A stretch of 64,000 nt of DNA from an uncultured delta proteobacterium (GCA_963727485.1 CAVSGM010000002.1:992001-1056000); one strand, 5' to 3'; shown: positions 12,701-23,198, counted from the stretch's first letter. Notes: generated from the letters alone by a model not told the origin. Made by a program: numbers and translations.

Positions 12701-13073
12701 CACCGGCGTCGACATCGGGCCGATGCAGCCGTTCACCCGGATCGTCTCCCCGGCCCCGGGCGGGGCGCTCACCGGGGGCCGGATCCAGTGGAGCTACGAC
12801 GGCGGCCTGACGCCCGACGTGGTGATCATGAGCGTCACCGAGCCCGGCTTCCTCTCCCGACCCATCTGGGAGGTGATCCTCCCGGGCTCGGAGACCCAGG
12901 TGTCGGTGCCCCCGGACGCCCTGGCCCAGATGAAGGCCGCCAGCGCCCTCCAGCTCTCGGTGACCACCGCGCTCTCGCCGCGCTTCGACTTCGACCACTT
13001 CTCCTACGGGCAGCTGGGCCTCGGATCCTGGACCAGCTTCACCCTCGACAACGCCTCGTTCGTGGTGCCCTGA
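9741..13073 (+). CDS. Large IPT/TIG-repeat lipoprotein
   Basis: GAG-C lipobox, DGG-repeat linker, about six PxxGPxxGGTxVTxxGxG repeats, a carboxypeptidase-regulatory-like segment (GLTDDRGQITF) and a Cys-rich insert; ATGA overlap with the previous gene. Confidence 0.85.
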   Translation: MIRRRHLPGAGPALALAGLLLALGGAGCSGSHPGADGGVPDSGHLDAGTDGGVVDGGSDGGVPDGGTDGGVGDGGVDGGVTLRIDAVLPVRGPAAGGTRVTIRGAGFVNGFAKVGDPDIETRTALLFGSNTAIDFTVIDDDTIRVVSPPGTPGARDVTVENPNGQASCPGCFNYFTPVAATSVTPASSPLEGGVTVTLTGAGLVDGTVALVGDREAAALTRVDDQTLTFVAPPAASPGPVDVVVYNGNGKATLRRGFRYYAAPRLDAVDPPLGPAAGGTQVHLTGAGLGDATAVSFGGQAATQVTADGPDALYAVTPAGTAGTAVDVTVTGPNGTPTLPQGFAYVDPAAAGVSLLAVMPGRGPVGGGGTATLVGTGLGAAAPQVRFGSADATQVTPVDANRLTVTVPPGAAPGPVTVQVRNAGGGAALTGGYTYQPALSVGAVTPATGPAAGGTAITVHGSGFTAGALDVRVGALPATAVTVVDDGTLTCTTPAGSPGPADVVVGTGTGAARVEATAASAFVYTAPLSLAQVDPERAAQSGGTRVTVWGTGFTDQTQVAFGGAGATVLSRLGQSRLVVTVPRGDPGLVDVTADDGGQHAVLTKAFQYYDPASSRGGASGGPMAGTLDVTTLDAYVGAPIPGVHVLIGTNPTTTLQGLTDDRGQITFSDPSLVKPVMVTADRDGYQAVSVARLDARDLTVYLTPNSGHGGTAPPSPPPAFVGGASGSAAPPLGRVCGFKLPPSVQLGKNQTAEARVAITSPSITYLPPFSSGPSYQEVTKDCGTYSLPSRPGSVSVYAVFGVKTSTTDPQTGQTSSTFKPYLMGITRGVEVPGISPPTCSANQSCPGGFTCGQKQFDPSQPSAFAYCQCNTDAACPTGQFCNAAGGCQPPLHADVILSMHMDQSIPATLVQPPTSPDGQTLHTAYSYLDLGADGAIYLGQVQGTAPTFSFTRQPELPGDGFVFLDMASDNGAYPLSLFYRRQLGDLSSTGVDIGPMQPFTRIVSPAPGGALTGGRIQWSYDGGLTPDVVIMSVTEPGFLSRPIWEVILPGSETQVSVPPDALAQMKAASALQLSVTTALSPRFDFDHFSYGQLGLGSWTSFTLDNASFVVP

Positions 13074-14221
13074 TGCGACGCCGCCTGATCCCGCTCGCCG
13101 CCCTCGGCCTCCTCCTCGCCCCGATCCTCCTCACCGGGTGCCAGAAGGACCCCCAGCTCGTCGGCGGCTGCATCGACGACCAGAGCTGCGTGAAGGCAAA
13201 CGGCCCCGGGTGGGTGTGCTCGGCGAAGTTCAAGCCCAAGCGCTGCGTGTGCACCTCCGACAGCGCCTGCCCCACCGGGCAGTTCTGCAACCTCTCCGGG
13301 GACTGCCAGGCCACGGTGGGCTGCTACACCAACGACGACTGCCCCACCGACCTGTTCTGCGACGTGGCCCAGAACAAGTGCATCGAGAAGAACCGCTGCA
13401 CCTCGGACATCGACTGCCCCATCGGCACCCTGTGCAACCTGGTCGACTTCCGCTGCGAGCCCGGGTGCCACGTGGACGGCGACTGCCCCCTCAAGCAGGT
13501 GTGCCGCTGCCCGGCGTCGGACCCCAACTGCAAGGTGGGCCAGTGCAAGACCGGGCTCTGCGACGACCAGAGCTTCTGCAACTGGCAGCAGCTGTGCGAG
13601 CAGGATCCCAACGTCAACGACTCGGTGTGCGTCACCGACACCCGGGGGCCCTACTGCCAGGAGTGCCAGCTCGCCCCCGGCCAGGGGATCGGCGGCGCCT
13701 GCGACGGGGCCAAGAACTACTGCCTGGTCGACACCTCGATCCCCGGCGGGCGCGGGGCCTTCTGCGGGGTCGACTGCGGCTCGGGCCAGGCCTGCCCCAA
13801 CGGCTTCGCCTGCGACTACGTGGTGATCCTCACCTCGGCGCTCTGTGGCGGCGACGCCGACTGCCAGCCCACCGGCGGCACCTGCACCACCGACGCCGAC
13901 TGCCCCGGGGGCCGGTGCGCCATCACCGCCGGCCAGACCACCGGGCGCTGCGCCGGCAAGTGCGTGAAGCACGAGGGCGGGGCCTCGGGGACCGGCTTCT
14001 GCTCCTGCGTCGAGGACGCCGACTGCCCCACCGACTCCTGCGACACCACCAGCCGGGTGTGCAGCCTCACCCGCAAGGCCTGCCAGCTCAACGGCAGCCA
14101 GTGCGCCGGCCAGCTGTCCTGCGTGAACCTCAACGGCGTCGGCGGCTGCGTCATCGGGAAGAACTGCGCCCCGGTCGACGGGGTCACCTGCGCCATGGTC
14201 CGGGCGTCCCAGAGCCCCTGA
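13073..14221 (+). CDS. Cys-rich repeat lipoprotein
   Basis: LTG-C lipobox; repeated CxxDxDCPxxxxC units over the whole length; TGATG coupling. Confidence 0.8.
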   Translation: MRRRLIPLAALGLLLAPILLTGCQKDPQLVGGCIDDQSCVKANGPGWVCSAKFKPKRCVCTSDSACPTGQFCNLSGDCQATVGCYTNDDCPTDLFCDVAQNKCIEKNRCTSDIDCPIGTLCNLVDFRCEPGCHVDGDCPLKQVCRCPASDPNCKVGQCKTGLCDDQSFCNWQQLCEQDPNVNDSVCVTDTRGPYCQECQLAPGQGIGGACDGAKNYCLVDTSIPGGRGAFCGVDCGSGQACPNGFACDYVVILTSALCGGDADCQPTGGTCTTDADCPGGRCAITAGQTTGRCAGKCVKHEGGASGTGFCSCVEDADCPTDSCDTTSRVCSLTRKACQLNGSQCAGQLSCVNLNGVGGCVIGKNCAPVDGVTCAMVRASQSP

Positions 14222-14249
14222 CCCGGGCCGGGCTCGGCGCCCGCGGCGC

Positions 14250-15095
14250 TCAGCCGTCGCCGCGACCGAGGATCCGCCCGAGGTCGAGGCGGACGCCGGC
14301 GGTGGCGGTGTAGAAGTCGGCCCAGTTGTAGATGTCCCGCCGGGGGACGTCGGCGCCGCCGCCCACCAGGCGCAGGCGGAAGAAGAGGTCGGCGCCCCGG
14401 GTGAACGGCAGGCCCAGGGTCAGGGCCACGTCGTAGATGGCGCCGGTGACGTTCCCCAGGCCGAAGGTGGAGAAGCCGTCGGCGTCGACCATGGCCCACA
14501 GCCCCTGGGGGGTGTCGTAGCGCAGGCGGGCCTTGAGGGCGAAGACCAGGCCGATGTCCGGCTCCACGTCGTAGTAGGTGCCGTCCACGGTGCCGAAGCT
14601 CACCGCGGCGTTGCGCACCTGGAACGAGGCGCCGATCCCCAGCTTGAGGCGCCTCCCGTCGACGAGGCGGTAGAGGTAGCTGGCCCGGTAGCCGTCGAAG
14701 AGGTAGCCGGCGTCGACCACCGTCCCCGCGGTGAGGAGGTGGCCCCGGAAGCGGATCGCCCGGGGCAGGGCCACCTCGGTGGTCACGCCAAACGGCGCCC
14801 AGAGGAGGATCAGCGTGCTCCGGCGCCCGAGGCCGAGCTCCAGGGAGACCCGCTTGGCGAGGGCCAGGTTTCGCTGCTGGCCGAGCTCGCTGGCGTGGAA
14901 GAGGGTGCCGCCGGCCCCGTAGCGGCCGTCGTTGAGGTCGATGTAGGCGGGGCCGACCTCGGCGTCGAGGACCACCCGGAACCCGGCCAGGGGCGCGGGG
15001 TCGGGGGGCGGGCCGGGAGGCGGGGCCTCGGCCCGGGCGGCGTGGGCGAGGGGCAGGCAGAGCAAGGCGGCGGCGAGGCGGACGAAGCGGCGCAT
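14250..15095 (-). CDS. Exported protein, probable outer-membrane beta-barrel
   Basis: Signal peptide ending ARA; alternating amphipathic strands rich in Y/F/G (YRASYLYRL, YDVALTLG, TATAGVRLDL). Confidence 0.55.
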   Translation of the reverse strand: MRRFVRLAAALLCLPLAHAARAEAPPPGPPPDPAPLAGFRVVLDAEVGPAYIDLNDGRYGAGGTLFHASELGQQRNLALAKRVSLELGLGRRSTLILLWAPFGVTTEVALPRAIRFRGHLLTAGTVVDAGYLFDGYRASYLYRLVDGRRLKLGIGASFQVRNAAVSFGTVDGTYYDVEPDIGLVFALKARLRYDTPQGLWAMVDADGFSTFGLGNVTGAIYDVALTLGLPFTRGADLFFRLRLVGGGADVPRRDIYNWADFYTATAGVRLDLGRILGRGDG

Positions 15096-15205
15096 GGGAA
15101 CCCTTTCGGGGAGCACTCCCATGTCGGCCCCCCCGGGCCTTGCTTTAGGACCGCGAACGCCCCGGAGCCACCCCCCGGTCCCGGGGCGGTCGCCCCGCCG
15201 GCCCG

Positions 15206-16963
15206 CTAGTCGTCGTCCTTGGGCGCGCCCACCACGCCCCCGCGCTTGCGCCGGCGGCGCCCCTGCTCGCGGGTGACCGGGGAGCGGGTCCCGCCGCCGA
15301 CCTTGGCCGCCTCCTGGGCGAAGTCGTCGGCGAGCTGGATCGAGGGCTCGTCGGGGAGGTCCGGGGCCTCCGTGGCCGCGGCGAGGGCGGCGGCCACCGC
15401 GTCGGCCTCCTCGGGAGAGAGGGCGTCGGCGCCCACGGAGGTCTTGGGCTCGTCCTCGGGGACCGGAGGGGCCTCGGGCTCGACGTCGGCCTCGGCCTCG
15501 AGGTCGGGCTCGCCCTTGGCCCCGAGGGCGGCGAGGCCCGGGTCGGTGCGCTCCTCCTCGTCCGGGGGCTCGGGGGCGAGGGGGGCGTCGTCGTCGAGCT
15601 CGTCGTCGAAGTGGCGCGCAGGGTCCGGGTCCGCCGGGGCGGGCTCCTCCTCAGGCTCGGGGACCGGCGTGGCCCTGGGCCCCTGGGCCGCCTTGGCCTC
15701 GGCCTTGGCCTCGGGCTTGGGCGCGGGCCGGGCCGCCTTGGCGGCGGGCTGGGGCCGGGCCGCGGGCTCCGGGTCGGGGATTCCGTCCTCGCGGTGCTTG
15801 AGGCTCGGGGCCCACTTGGGCTGGTAGCCCTCGTCGACGTGGAAGACCGGCGGGGGCGCCTCGCCGTAGGTCGCCGGGTCGAAGAACGCCGCGTCGATGT
15901 CCTCGAACCCGAAGGCCGCGAGGCGGTCGAGGAAGGTCGGCAGGAGCCCGGTGGGGGCGTGGTAGCCCTGGATCTTCCCGTCCTCGTCCTTGCCCGTGGG
16001 GGTGAACACGAAGAGGTCCTGGGTCCGGTAGTCGCCCTTCTCGTTCAGGGGCAGCACCTCGGCGATGTGGGTGGTCTTCCGGGAGCCGTCCTGGAGCCTC
16101 GCGCAGCAGATGACGACGTTGATGGCGCTGGCGACCTGGGCGCGCACCGCCACCATGGGCAGCTCGATGCCGCTCTGGAGGCACAGGGACTCCAGGCGCC
16201 GCAGGGTGTCGCTGGGGGTGTTGGCGTGGACGGTGCACAGGGAGCCGCCGTGGCCGGTGTTCATCGCCTGCATCAGGTGGAAGGCCTCGCCGCCGCGGAC
16301 CTCGCCGACCACGATGCGGTCGGGGCGCAGCCGCAGGGCCGAGTGGAGCAGGTCGCCCATGTCGACCCCGCCCTTGCCGAACTTGTCCGGGGGCCTCGAC
16401 TCGAAGGGCACCAGGTGCTCCTGGTTGAGCTGGAGCTCCGAGGAGTCCTCGATGGTGAGGATGCGCTCGTCGTCGGGGATGTAGGAGGCCACGCAGTTGA
16501 GCAGGGTGGTCTTGCCCGAGCCGGTGCCGCCGCTGACGACCATGTTCTCCTTGAGGGCCACGCAGGCGTCGATGAGCCGGCTCATGGCCGGGCTCATGGA
16601 GCCGAAGTCGACCAGGCGGTCGACGGTGAGCTTCTCCTTGAAGAACTTGCGGATGGAGATGGTGCAGCCCTTCCGGGCGATGGGGGGCATCACCACGTGG
16701 ATGCGGCTGCCGTCGGGGAGGCGGGCGTCGAGGCGGGGCCGCTCCTCGTTGAGCATCCGGCCGACGTACTGGGCCATGTTGCGCGCCGCGGCCTCCAGGC
16801 CTTCCGTGGTGAAGGCGGCGTCGGTCTTCGTGGAGCTTGCCGCCGCTCTCGATCCAGACCTCCTCGGGCCCGTTGATCATGATCTCGCTGATGTCCGGAT
16901 CGTCCAGGTACGGCGGCGACGGGCTTGAGGTAGGCCCGGAGGCTTTCGTTCGTACATCGACAT
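15206..16963 (-). CDS. CpaF/TadA-family pilus assembly ATPase with an acidic Pro/Ala-rich C-terminal tail (three +1 indels in the first ~140 nt)
   Basis: SEIMINGP, LDARLPDGSRIH, Walker A SGGTGSGKTTL, TIEDSSEL, LRLRPDRIVVGEVRGGEA, MNTGHGGS. The N-terminus MSMY-NESLRAYLKPV..PYLDDPDISEIMING is recovered only after correcting indels near 16951, 16914 and 16832. Confidence 0.88.
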
Positions 16964-17039
16964 GGTGACAGGGAGGTTAGGCGCATGGCCCGCGAAGCGT
17001 CAATCGGACAGAAGGCCCGTCGCTGCTAGGATCCCGTCC

Positions 17040-17615
17040 ATGGCCGACGACCCGCGTCAGGAGCCCGGGGACGACGAGGAGCGGGAGCGCCCGCCCGAGC
17101 CGATCACCATCGAGATCGACCGGCAGCTCGAGCGCCTCGACGACGCCCTGGAGAAGGTCCGCGAAGAGGTGGCCTACTGGGCCAAGAAGGGGGTCTACAC
17201 CCGGGTCCGCTTCAAGTTCCGGGGCAAGCCGCTGCTCCCGGACATCCCGGTGGCGGCGTTCATGGCCGCCGAGGCCGCGTCGTTCTGGTGGGGCGGGCTC
17301 CTCCGGGCCCTGGCGATGAACTTCGGGGGCCGGGCGCTCTTCGACGTGGAGCTCATCTCCGACGCCCAGCCCCACCTCGCCCGAGGGCAGGAGCACCTCC
17401 TCGAGGGCGACATCGACGAGGCCCTCGAGGAGTTCTACAAGGCCCTCGCGGTGGACCGGAACCTCGCCTCCGCCCACCTCCAGGTGGGGATCTGCCACAA
17501 GATCCAGGGGGACAAGGAGAAGGCCGAGCGGGCCTTCGTCCGGGCGAGGGACCTCGACCCCCACGGGGAGGTCGGGCGCCAGGCCGGGGAGCAGATCCGC
17601 AAGCTGAACCGGTAG
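17040..17615 (+). CDS. TPR-containing protein with an uncharacterised N-terminal domain
   Basis: C-terminal TPRs (HLARGQEHLLEGDIDEALEEFYKAL...AHLQVG); N-terminal YTRVRFKFRGKPLLPDIP domain. Confidence 0.75.
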   Translation: MADDPRQEPGDDEERERPPEPITIEIDRQLERLDDALEKVREEVAYWAKKGVYTRVRFKFRGKPLLPDIPVAAFMAAEAASFWWGGLLRALAMNFGGRALFDVELISDAQPHLARGQEHLLEGDIDEALEEFYKALAVDRNLASAHLQVGICHKIQGDKEKAERAFVRARDLDPHGEVGRQAGEQIRKLNR

Positions 17616-17649
17616 CCGGCGCCGGTCGCCGGGGGTAGGCATCCCGGGT

Positions 17650-18111
17650 ATGGCCCGAGCCGCCCTGCGACCCTCCGCCCGCCTCCTCCCCGCCCGCCTC
17701 CTCCCCGCCGCCCTCCTCGCCGCCGTCTCGCTCGGAGCGCCGGCCCTGGCCCGGCCCACCGGCCACGTCCGGGTGGTCCGGCCCGGGTCCCTGGCGGCGG
17801 TGGTCACCCTCCAGGTGACCCGCCCGGGCATGGCCAAGGCCCGTTCGGCGAAGATCACCCTCCTCGTCGGCGGCGACGAGGGCCACCTCTCCATGCAGCT
17901 GAAGGACGGCACCCACCTCTCGGTTCGCTTCGGGATCCACCGGGAGGGCCCGGGCTTCGCCCTCTTCGCCACCACCGCCGCCACCGGCGCCGCGAAGCGC
18001 ATCGGCCCCCTGCCCCAGGGCGGCACGCTGACCTTCCCCGGCCCCGGGAAGACCACCCTCGCCGTGACCCTGCAGAAGGTGGCGACGGTGGCGGCGCTGC
18101 GCCGCCGGTAG
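17650..18111 (+). CDS. Hypothetical exported protein
   Basis: Signal peptide ending ALA; beta-rich, basic body; GC-biased codon usage. Confidence 0.55.
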   Translation: MARAALRPSARLLPARLLPAALLAAVSLGAPALARPTGHVRVVRPGSLAAVVTLQVTRPGMAKARSAKITLLVGGDEGHLSMQLKDGTHLSVRFGIHREGPGFALFATTAATGAAKRIGPLPQGGTLTFPGPGKTTLAVTLQKVATVAALRRR

Positions 18112-18314
18112 CTGCTGCACGAACCTCGAGCCCCACGAGGCGGACGAGGAGGCGCGCCGTCAGGCGGGACCCGGGGCTTTGGGGATGCTTGACGGCGGGT
18201 GGCGCTTCCCGACGTCCAGCCGGCGGATCACCCGCGCGCCCGAGGCCCCGGGCAACAGGGCGAAGGCGGGGCCCGCATCGGACAAAAACCCAGGGAGAAC
18301 GGGCACATAAGCCG

Positions 18315-18343
18315 TTGACCCGCGGGCCGTTTGCGGGCATAAC
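18315..18343 (+). promoter_or_regulatory. Putative sigma70 promoter of gyrA
   Basis: TTGACC-N17-CATAAC. Confidence 0.55.
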
Positions 18344-18430
18344 ACGACGGCCCCACGGGCCCCGTGCGAGGTGCCCCGCCACGCCCTCCGGCGCCGGGCC
18401 CCGCCCCACCCTTTCCGAGGCAGAATCCAG

Positions 18431-21028
18431 ATGGCCGAAGCGCACAACACGGTCCCGGTGAACATCGAAGACGAGATGCGCAAGTCGTATCTCGACTACT
18501 CGATGTCGGTCATCGTCGGCCGCGCCCTCCCCGACGTCCGCGACGGGCTCAAGCCGGTGCACCGCCGGGTGCTCTACGGGATGCAGGAGGCGGCCAACGC
18601 CTGGAACCGCCCCTACAAGAAGTCGGCGCGCATCGTCGGCGACGTCATGGGCAAGTACCACCCCCACGGCGACGCGGCGATCTACGACACCATCGTCCGC
18701 CTCGCCCAGGACTTCTCCATGCGCTACCCCCTGGTCGACGGCCAGGGGAACTTCGGCTCCATCGACGGCGACAGCGCCGCGGCCATGCGCTACACCGAGA
18801 TCCGGATGTCGCGGCTCGCGAGCGAGATGCTCGCCGACATCGACAAGGACACCGTCGACTTCGGGCCCAACTACGACGACAGCGACACCGAGCCGCTGGT
18901 CCTCCCGGCGCGCTTCCCCAACCTCTTGGTCAACGGGGCCGCGGGCATCGCCGTGGGCATGGCGACCAACGTCCCGCCCCACAACATGACCGAGGTCATC
19001 GACGCGGTCGTGCACCTCATCGGGAACCCCGAGGCCACCATCGCCGACCTGATGGCCTTCGTCCCCGGCCCCGACTTCCCCACCGGCGGCTACATCCACG
19101 GCCTCGAGGGCATCAAGCAGGCCTACGAGACCGGCCGCGGCTCGGTGCGGATGCGGGCCAAGAGCCACGTGGAGAACTGGGGCAAGAACGATGACCGCGA
19201 GGCCATCGTGGTCACCGAGATCCCCTACCAGGTCAACAAGGCGCGCCTCATCGAGAAGATCGCCGACCTGGTCCGGGACAAGCGCCTCGACGGCATCAGC
19301 GACCTGCGCGACGAGTCGGACCGCGACGGGATGCGCATCGTCATCGAGCTCAAGCGCGACGCCATGCCCGAGGTGGTGCGCAACAACCTGTTCAAGCACA
19401 CCCAGCTCCAGAGCACCTTCGGCGTGAACATGCTGGCCCTCGACCGGGGCCAGCCCAAGCTGCTGACCCTCAAGGAGTGCCTGGAGAAGTTCATCGACCA
19501 CCGCCGCGAGGTGGTCACCCGGCGCAGCCGCTACGAGCTGGCGAAGGCCCTGGAGCGCTTCCACGTCCTCGCCGGGCTCCTGGTCGCCACCGACCACATC
19601 GACCGGATCGTGGAGATCATCCGCGGGTCGCGCGACCCCGACGAGGCCCGGGCGCGGCTGATGGCCGAGACCTTCCGGGACATCGGCCCCCGCTTCGCCG
19701 AGTTCGTCGAGGCCCACGACGCCCAGATCGACGCCGCCCTCGAGACCGGCGAGTTCCACCTCGACGAGGTGCAGGCCAAGGCCATCCTGGAGATGCGCCT
19801 GGCCCGGCTCACCGGCCTCGAGCGCGAGAAGCTCCTCGACGAGATGCGCGCCCTGCGCGCGGAGATCGTCCGGCTCCAGGAGATCCTGGCCCACGACTCC
19901 AAGCTCCTCGAGGTCATCATCGGCGAGCTCGCCGAGGTCAAGAGCCAGTACGGCGACGCCCGGCGCACCGAGATCCGCCCCGACGAGGGCGAGATCAGCC
20001 TCGAGGACCTCATCGCCGACGAGGACATGGTCGTCACCATCAGCCACGCCGGCTACATCAAGCGCCTCGCCCTCACCGAGTACCGGGCCCAGCGCCGGGG
20101 CGGCCGCGGGAAGAGCGGGACCTCGCTCAAGGAAGAGGACTTCGTCGAGGACCTCTTCGTGGCCAGCACCCACACCCAGCTGCTGGTGTTCACCAGCGCC
20201 GGCAAGGTCCACTGGCTCAAGGTCCACGAGATCCCCCAGGCCAGCCGCGGGGCCAAGGGCAAGCCCATCGTCAACCTGCTCCAGCTCGCCGCCGACGAGC
20301 GGGTGCAGACGGTGCTCCCGGTCAAGGAGTTCACCGACGACCACTTCGTGGCCATGTTCACCCGCCAGGGGATCGTGAAGAAGACCGAGCTGACGGCCTA
20401 CTCCAACCCCCGGGCCGGCGGGATCATCGCCGTGAACATCGACGAGGGCGACCACCTCATCGCCGCCCGGCTCACCGACGGCGCCAGCGAGATGCTGGTC
20501 ACCACCACCGACGGGATGTCCATCCGCTTCCGGGAGAGCGACGTCCGCGGCATGGGCCGCACCGCCCGGGGGGTCAAGGCCATCACCCTGGCCAAGGGCG
20601 ACGAGGTGGTCGCCGCCTCGGTCCTCGCCGAGGGCCCGATCCTCACGGTCACCGAGAACGGCTACGGCAAGCGCACCCCGGTGGACGAGTACCGGATCCA
20701 GACCCGCGGCGGGAAGGGCATCATCACCATCAAGACCACCAAGCGCAACGGCGGCGTCGCCGGCGCCGCCCAGGTCAGCGACGACGACCAGGTGATGATC
20801 ATCACCAACTCCGGGGTGCTCATCCGGATGCGCGCCTCGGACATCTCGGTCATCGGCCGCAACACCCAGGGGGTGCGCCTCATCGCCCTCGAGAGCCGCG
20901 AGGAGAAGGTCACCGGGCTCGCCAAGATCGTCGAGACCGACGAAGAGGGAGACGACGGAGCCGACGGCGAGGGAGCCGACGGCGACCCGGCGGACGGCGA
21001 CGGGGGCGACGGGACCCAGACCCCATGA
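18431..21028 (+). CDS. gyrA: DNA gyrase subunit A
   Basis: [41 protein letters not shown], GyrA-box QRRGGRG, C-terminal pinwheel repeats. Confidence 0.98.
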   Translation: MAEAHNTVPVNIEDEMRKSYLDYSMSVIVGRALPDVRDGLKPVHRRVLYGMQEAANAWNRPYKKSARIVGDVMGKYHPHGDAAIYDTIVRLAQDFSMRYPLVDGQGNFGSIDGDSAAAMRYTEIRMSRLASEMLADIDKDTVDFGPNYDDSDTEPLVLPARFPNLLVNGAAGIAVGMATNVPPHNMTEVIDAVVHLIGNPEATIADLMAFVPGPDFPTGGYIHGLEGIKQAYETGRGSVRMRAKSHVENWGKNDDREAIVVTEIPYQVNKARLIEKIADLVRDKRLDGISDLRDESDRDGMRIVIELKRDAMPEVVRNNLFKHTQLQSTFGVNMLALDRGQPKLLTLKECLEKFIDHRREVVTRRSRYELAKALERFHVLAGLLVATDHIDRIVEIIRGSRDPDEARARLMAETFRDIGPRFAEFVEAHDAQIDAALETGEFHLDEVQAKAILEMRLARLTGLEREKLLDEMRALRAEIVRLQEILAHDSKLLEVIIGELAEVKSQYGDARRTEIRPDEGEISLEDLIADEDMVVTISHAGYIKRLALTEYRAQRRGGRGKSGTSLKEEDFVEDLFVASTHTQLLVFTSAGKVHWLKVHEIPQASRGAKGKPIVNLLQLAADERVQTVLPVKEFTDDHFVAMFTRQGIVKKTELTAYSNPRAGGIIAVNIDEGDHLIAARLTDGASEMLVTTTDGMSIRFRESDVRGMGRTARGVKAITLAKGDEVVAASVLAEGPILTVTENGYGKRTPVDEYRIQTRGGKGIITIKTTKRNGGVAGAAQVSDDDQVMIITNSGVLIRMRASDISVIGRNTQGVRLIALESREEKVTGLAKIVETDEEGDDGADGEGADGDPADGDGGDGTQTP

Positions 21029-21873
21029 CCCGGCGGCACCGGGGCGGGCGGGTGGCGCTCCTTTGGCTGGTGCTGGCGCTCGCCGCCTGCGGCAACCCCG
21101 CCCGGCACCACCTCGACCGGGCCGACGACCTCGCCTTCCAGGGGCGGCCCAAGGCGGCCCTCGCCGAGGTGAAGCTCGCCCTCGACGCCCTGCGGGGGAA
21201 GCAGGACGCGAGCAGCCAGAAGCTGCGCCTCGAGGCCCTGGCCCGGGGCGGGCGGCTGTGCCACCTCTTCCTCCACGCCCCCAAGGCGGCGCTCACCTTC
21301 TACCGGGCCCTGGTGGAGGACGCCCCGGGCTCGGACCTCGCCTTCCAGGCCCGGCAGCAGATGGCCGATATCCACCTGGTCGACCTCTCCGACCGCGCCG
21401 GGGCCATCGCCCAGTACCAGGCCCTGGTCGCCGCCTTCCCCGAGCGCCCCGGCGTGGACCACTTCCAGTACCAGGTGGCCCAGGGCTACTTCCACCTGCG
21501 CGAGTACGCCCAGACCCGCACCGAGGCCCGGCACCTGGTGGACCGCTACCCCAAGAGCCCCTGGGTCGACGACGCCCTCTACCTCGTCGGCGCCGCCTGG
21601 CACGCCCAGGGCAAGCTCGACAAGGCCATCGACGCCTACCAGACCCTGGTCACCCGCTTCCCCCACTCGAAGCTGGTGCCCCGGGCCCAGGTGGAGATCG
21701 GCAACTGCCTCGAGGAGGGCGGCCACGACGCCAGGGCGCTGGCGGTCTACCTCGCGGCCCTGCCCACCCACCCCGACCCCACCACCGTGCACATGAAGAT
21801 CGAGCGCCTCCAGGCGCGGATGGCCGCCGCCGGCGTCGGCGGGACCAAGGCCGACCTGCGCCCCAAGCACTGA
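21025..21873 (+). CDS. TPR lipoprotein (YbgF/BamD-like repeats)
   Basis: LAA-C lipobox; repeated 'LV..(F/Y)P.S....A' TPR units; ATGA overlap with gyrA. Confidence 0.8.
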   Translation: MTRRHRGGRVALLWLVLALAACGNPARHHLDRADDLAFQGRPKAALAEVKLALDALRGKQDASSQKLRLEALARGGRLCHLFLHAPKAALTFYRALVEDAPGSDLAFQARQQMADIHLVDLSDRAGAIAQYQALVAAFPERPGVDHFQYQVAQGYFHLREYAQTRTEARHLVDRYPKSPWVDDALYLVGAAWHAQGKLDKAIDAYQTLVTRFPHSKLVPRAQVEIGNCLEEGGHDARALAVYLAALPTHPDPTTVHMKIERLQARMAAAGVGGTKADLRPKH

Positions 21874-21886
21874 CCGGAGAGACCCC

Positions 21887-23182
21887 ATGCGCAAGCAGGA
21901 GAAGTCCAGGGAGCTGATGAAGCAGGCGATGGCCCTGATGCCCGGCGGGGTGAACTCGCCGGTGCGCGCCTTCCGGGCGGTGGGCGGGGACCCGCCGGTG
22001 ATCGCCCGGGCCAAGGGGGCCTACCTCCACGACGTCGACGGCAACCGCTACGTGGACTACGTGGGCACCTGGGGCCCGGCGATCCTGGGCCACGCCGACG
22101 ACGAGGTGGTCGAGGCGGTGTGCGCCGCCGCCCAGGACGGCACCAGCTTCGGGGCGCCGACCGCGCGCGAGGTGCGCCTCGCCCGCATGGTGATCGACGC
22201 GGTGGACTCGGTGGAGAAGGTGCGCTTCGTCAGTAGCGGCACCGAGGCCACCATGAGCGCCCTGCGCCTCGCCCGGGCCGCCACCGGCCGCGACCGGATC
22301 GTCAAGTTCGACGGCTGCTACCACGGCCACGGGGACAGCCTGCTGGTGAAGGCGGGCTCGGGGGTCGAGACCCTGGGCCTCCCGGACTCCCCGGGGGTCC
22401 CCAAGGCGCTCGCCGAGCTCACCATCACCCTGCCCTTCAACGACCTCGCCGCGGTGGCGCAGCTCTTCGCCGAGCGCGGCGAGGAGATCGCCTGCATCAT
22501 CACCGAGCCGGCGGTGGGGAACATGGGCCTCATCCTCCCCGAGGACGGCTTCCTCCCGGGGCTGCGGAAGCTCTGCGACGACCACGGGGTGCTGCTCATC
22601 CTCGACGAGGTGATGACCGGGTTCCGGGTGGCCCTCGGCGGCGCCCAGCAGGTCTACGGGGTGCGCCCGGACCTGACCACCTTCGGCAAGGTCATCGGCG
22701 GCGGGCTGCCGGTGGGCGCCTACGGCGGCCGCGCGGACCTCATGGACCAGGTGGCGCCTTCGGGGCCCGTGTACCAGGCGGGGACCCTCTCGGGGAACCC
22801 GCTGGCCATGGCCGCGGGCATCGCCACCTTGGAGCGCCTCGCCGAGCCCCACACCTACGAGAAGCTCGAGCGCCAGAGCGCCCGGCTCGCCGAGGGGCTC
22901 CTCGCCGCGGCGAAGGACGCCGGGGTCGAGGCCTTCGGCACCCGGGTGGGCTCGATGCTCGGCCTCTACTTCCAGGGCGGGCCGGTGAGAAACGCCGACG
23001 ACGCCCGGAAGAGCGACACCGCCGCCTTCGGCCGCTACCACCGGGCGATGCTCGACCACGGGGTGTACCTGGCGCCCAGCCAGTTCGAGTCGAGCTTCGT
23101 GAGCCTCGCCCACGACGACGCGGCCATCGACCAGACCCTCGACGCCGCCGCCGAGGCCTTCAAGGTGGTGGCGGCGGGCTGA
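21887..23182 (+). CDS. hemL: Glutamate-1-semialdehyde 2,1-aminomutase
   Basis: [62 protein letters not shown]. Confidence 0.97.
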   Translation: MRKQEKSRELMKQAMALMPGGVNSPVRAFRAVGGDPPVIARAKGAYLHDVDGNRYVDYVGTWGPAILGHADDEVVEAVCAAAQDGTSFGAPTAREVRLARMVIDAVDSVEKVRFVSSGTEATMSALRLARAATGRDRIVKFDGCYHGHGDSLLVKAGSGVETLGLPDSPGVPKALAELTITLPFNDLAAVAQLFAERGEEIACIITEPAVGNMGLILPEDGFLPGLRKLCDDHGVLLILDEVMTGFRVALGGAQQVYGVRPDLTTFGKVIGGGLPVGAYGGRADLMDQVAPSGPVYQAGTLSGNPLAMAAGIATLERLAEPHTYEKLERQSARLAEGLLAAAKDAGVEAFGTRVGSMLGLYFQGGPVRNADDARKSDTAAFGRYHRAMLDHGVYLAPSQFESSFVSLAHDDAAIDQTLDAAAEAFKVVAAG

Positions 23183-23198
23183 CCTGGGACCCGCGGGA

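Noticed and set aside
8181..13073. Apparent 1630-aa single protein
   Set aside because: An artefact of the indel near 8460, which runs an off-frame R/P-rich stretch into the IPT/TIG gene; that gene has its own start and lipobox at 9741.
16800..16963. Programmed frameshifting in the cpaF 5' end
   Set aside because: Three separate +1 indels with no slippery sequence fit local consensus error better than recoding.
17677..17720. Short 15-bp tandem repeat
   Set aside because: Only about two copies, encoding ARLLP within a signal peptide; no separate function is evident.
18112..18314. Possible structured ncRNA upstream of gyrA
   Set aside because: The GC-rich hairpins are expected by chance, and I recognise no Rfam-type motif or tRNA cloverleaf.
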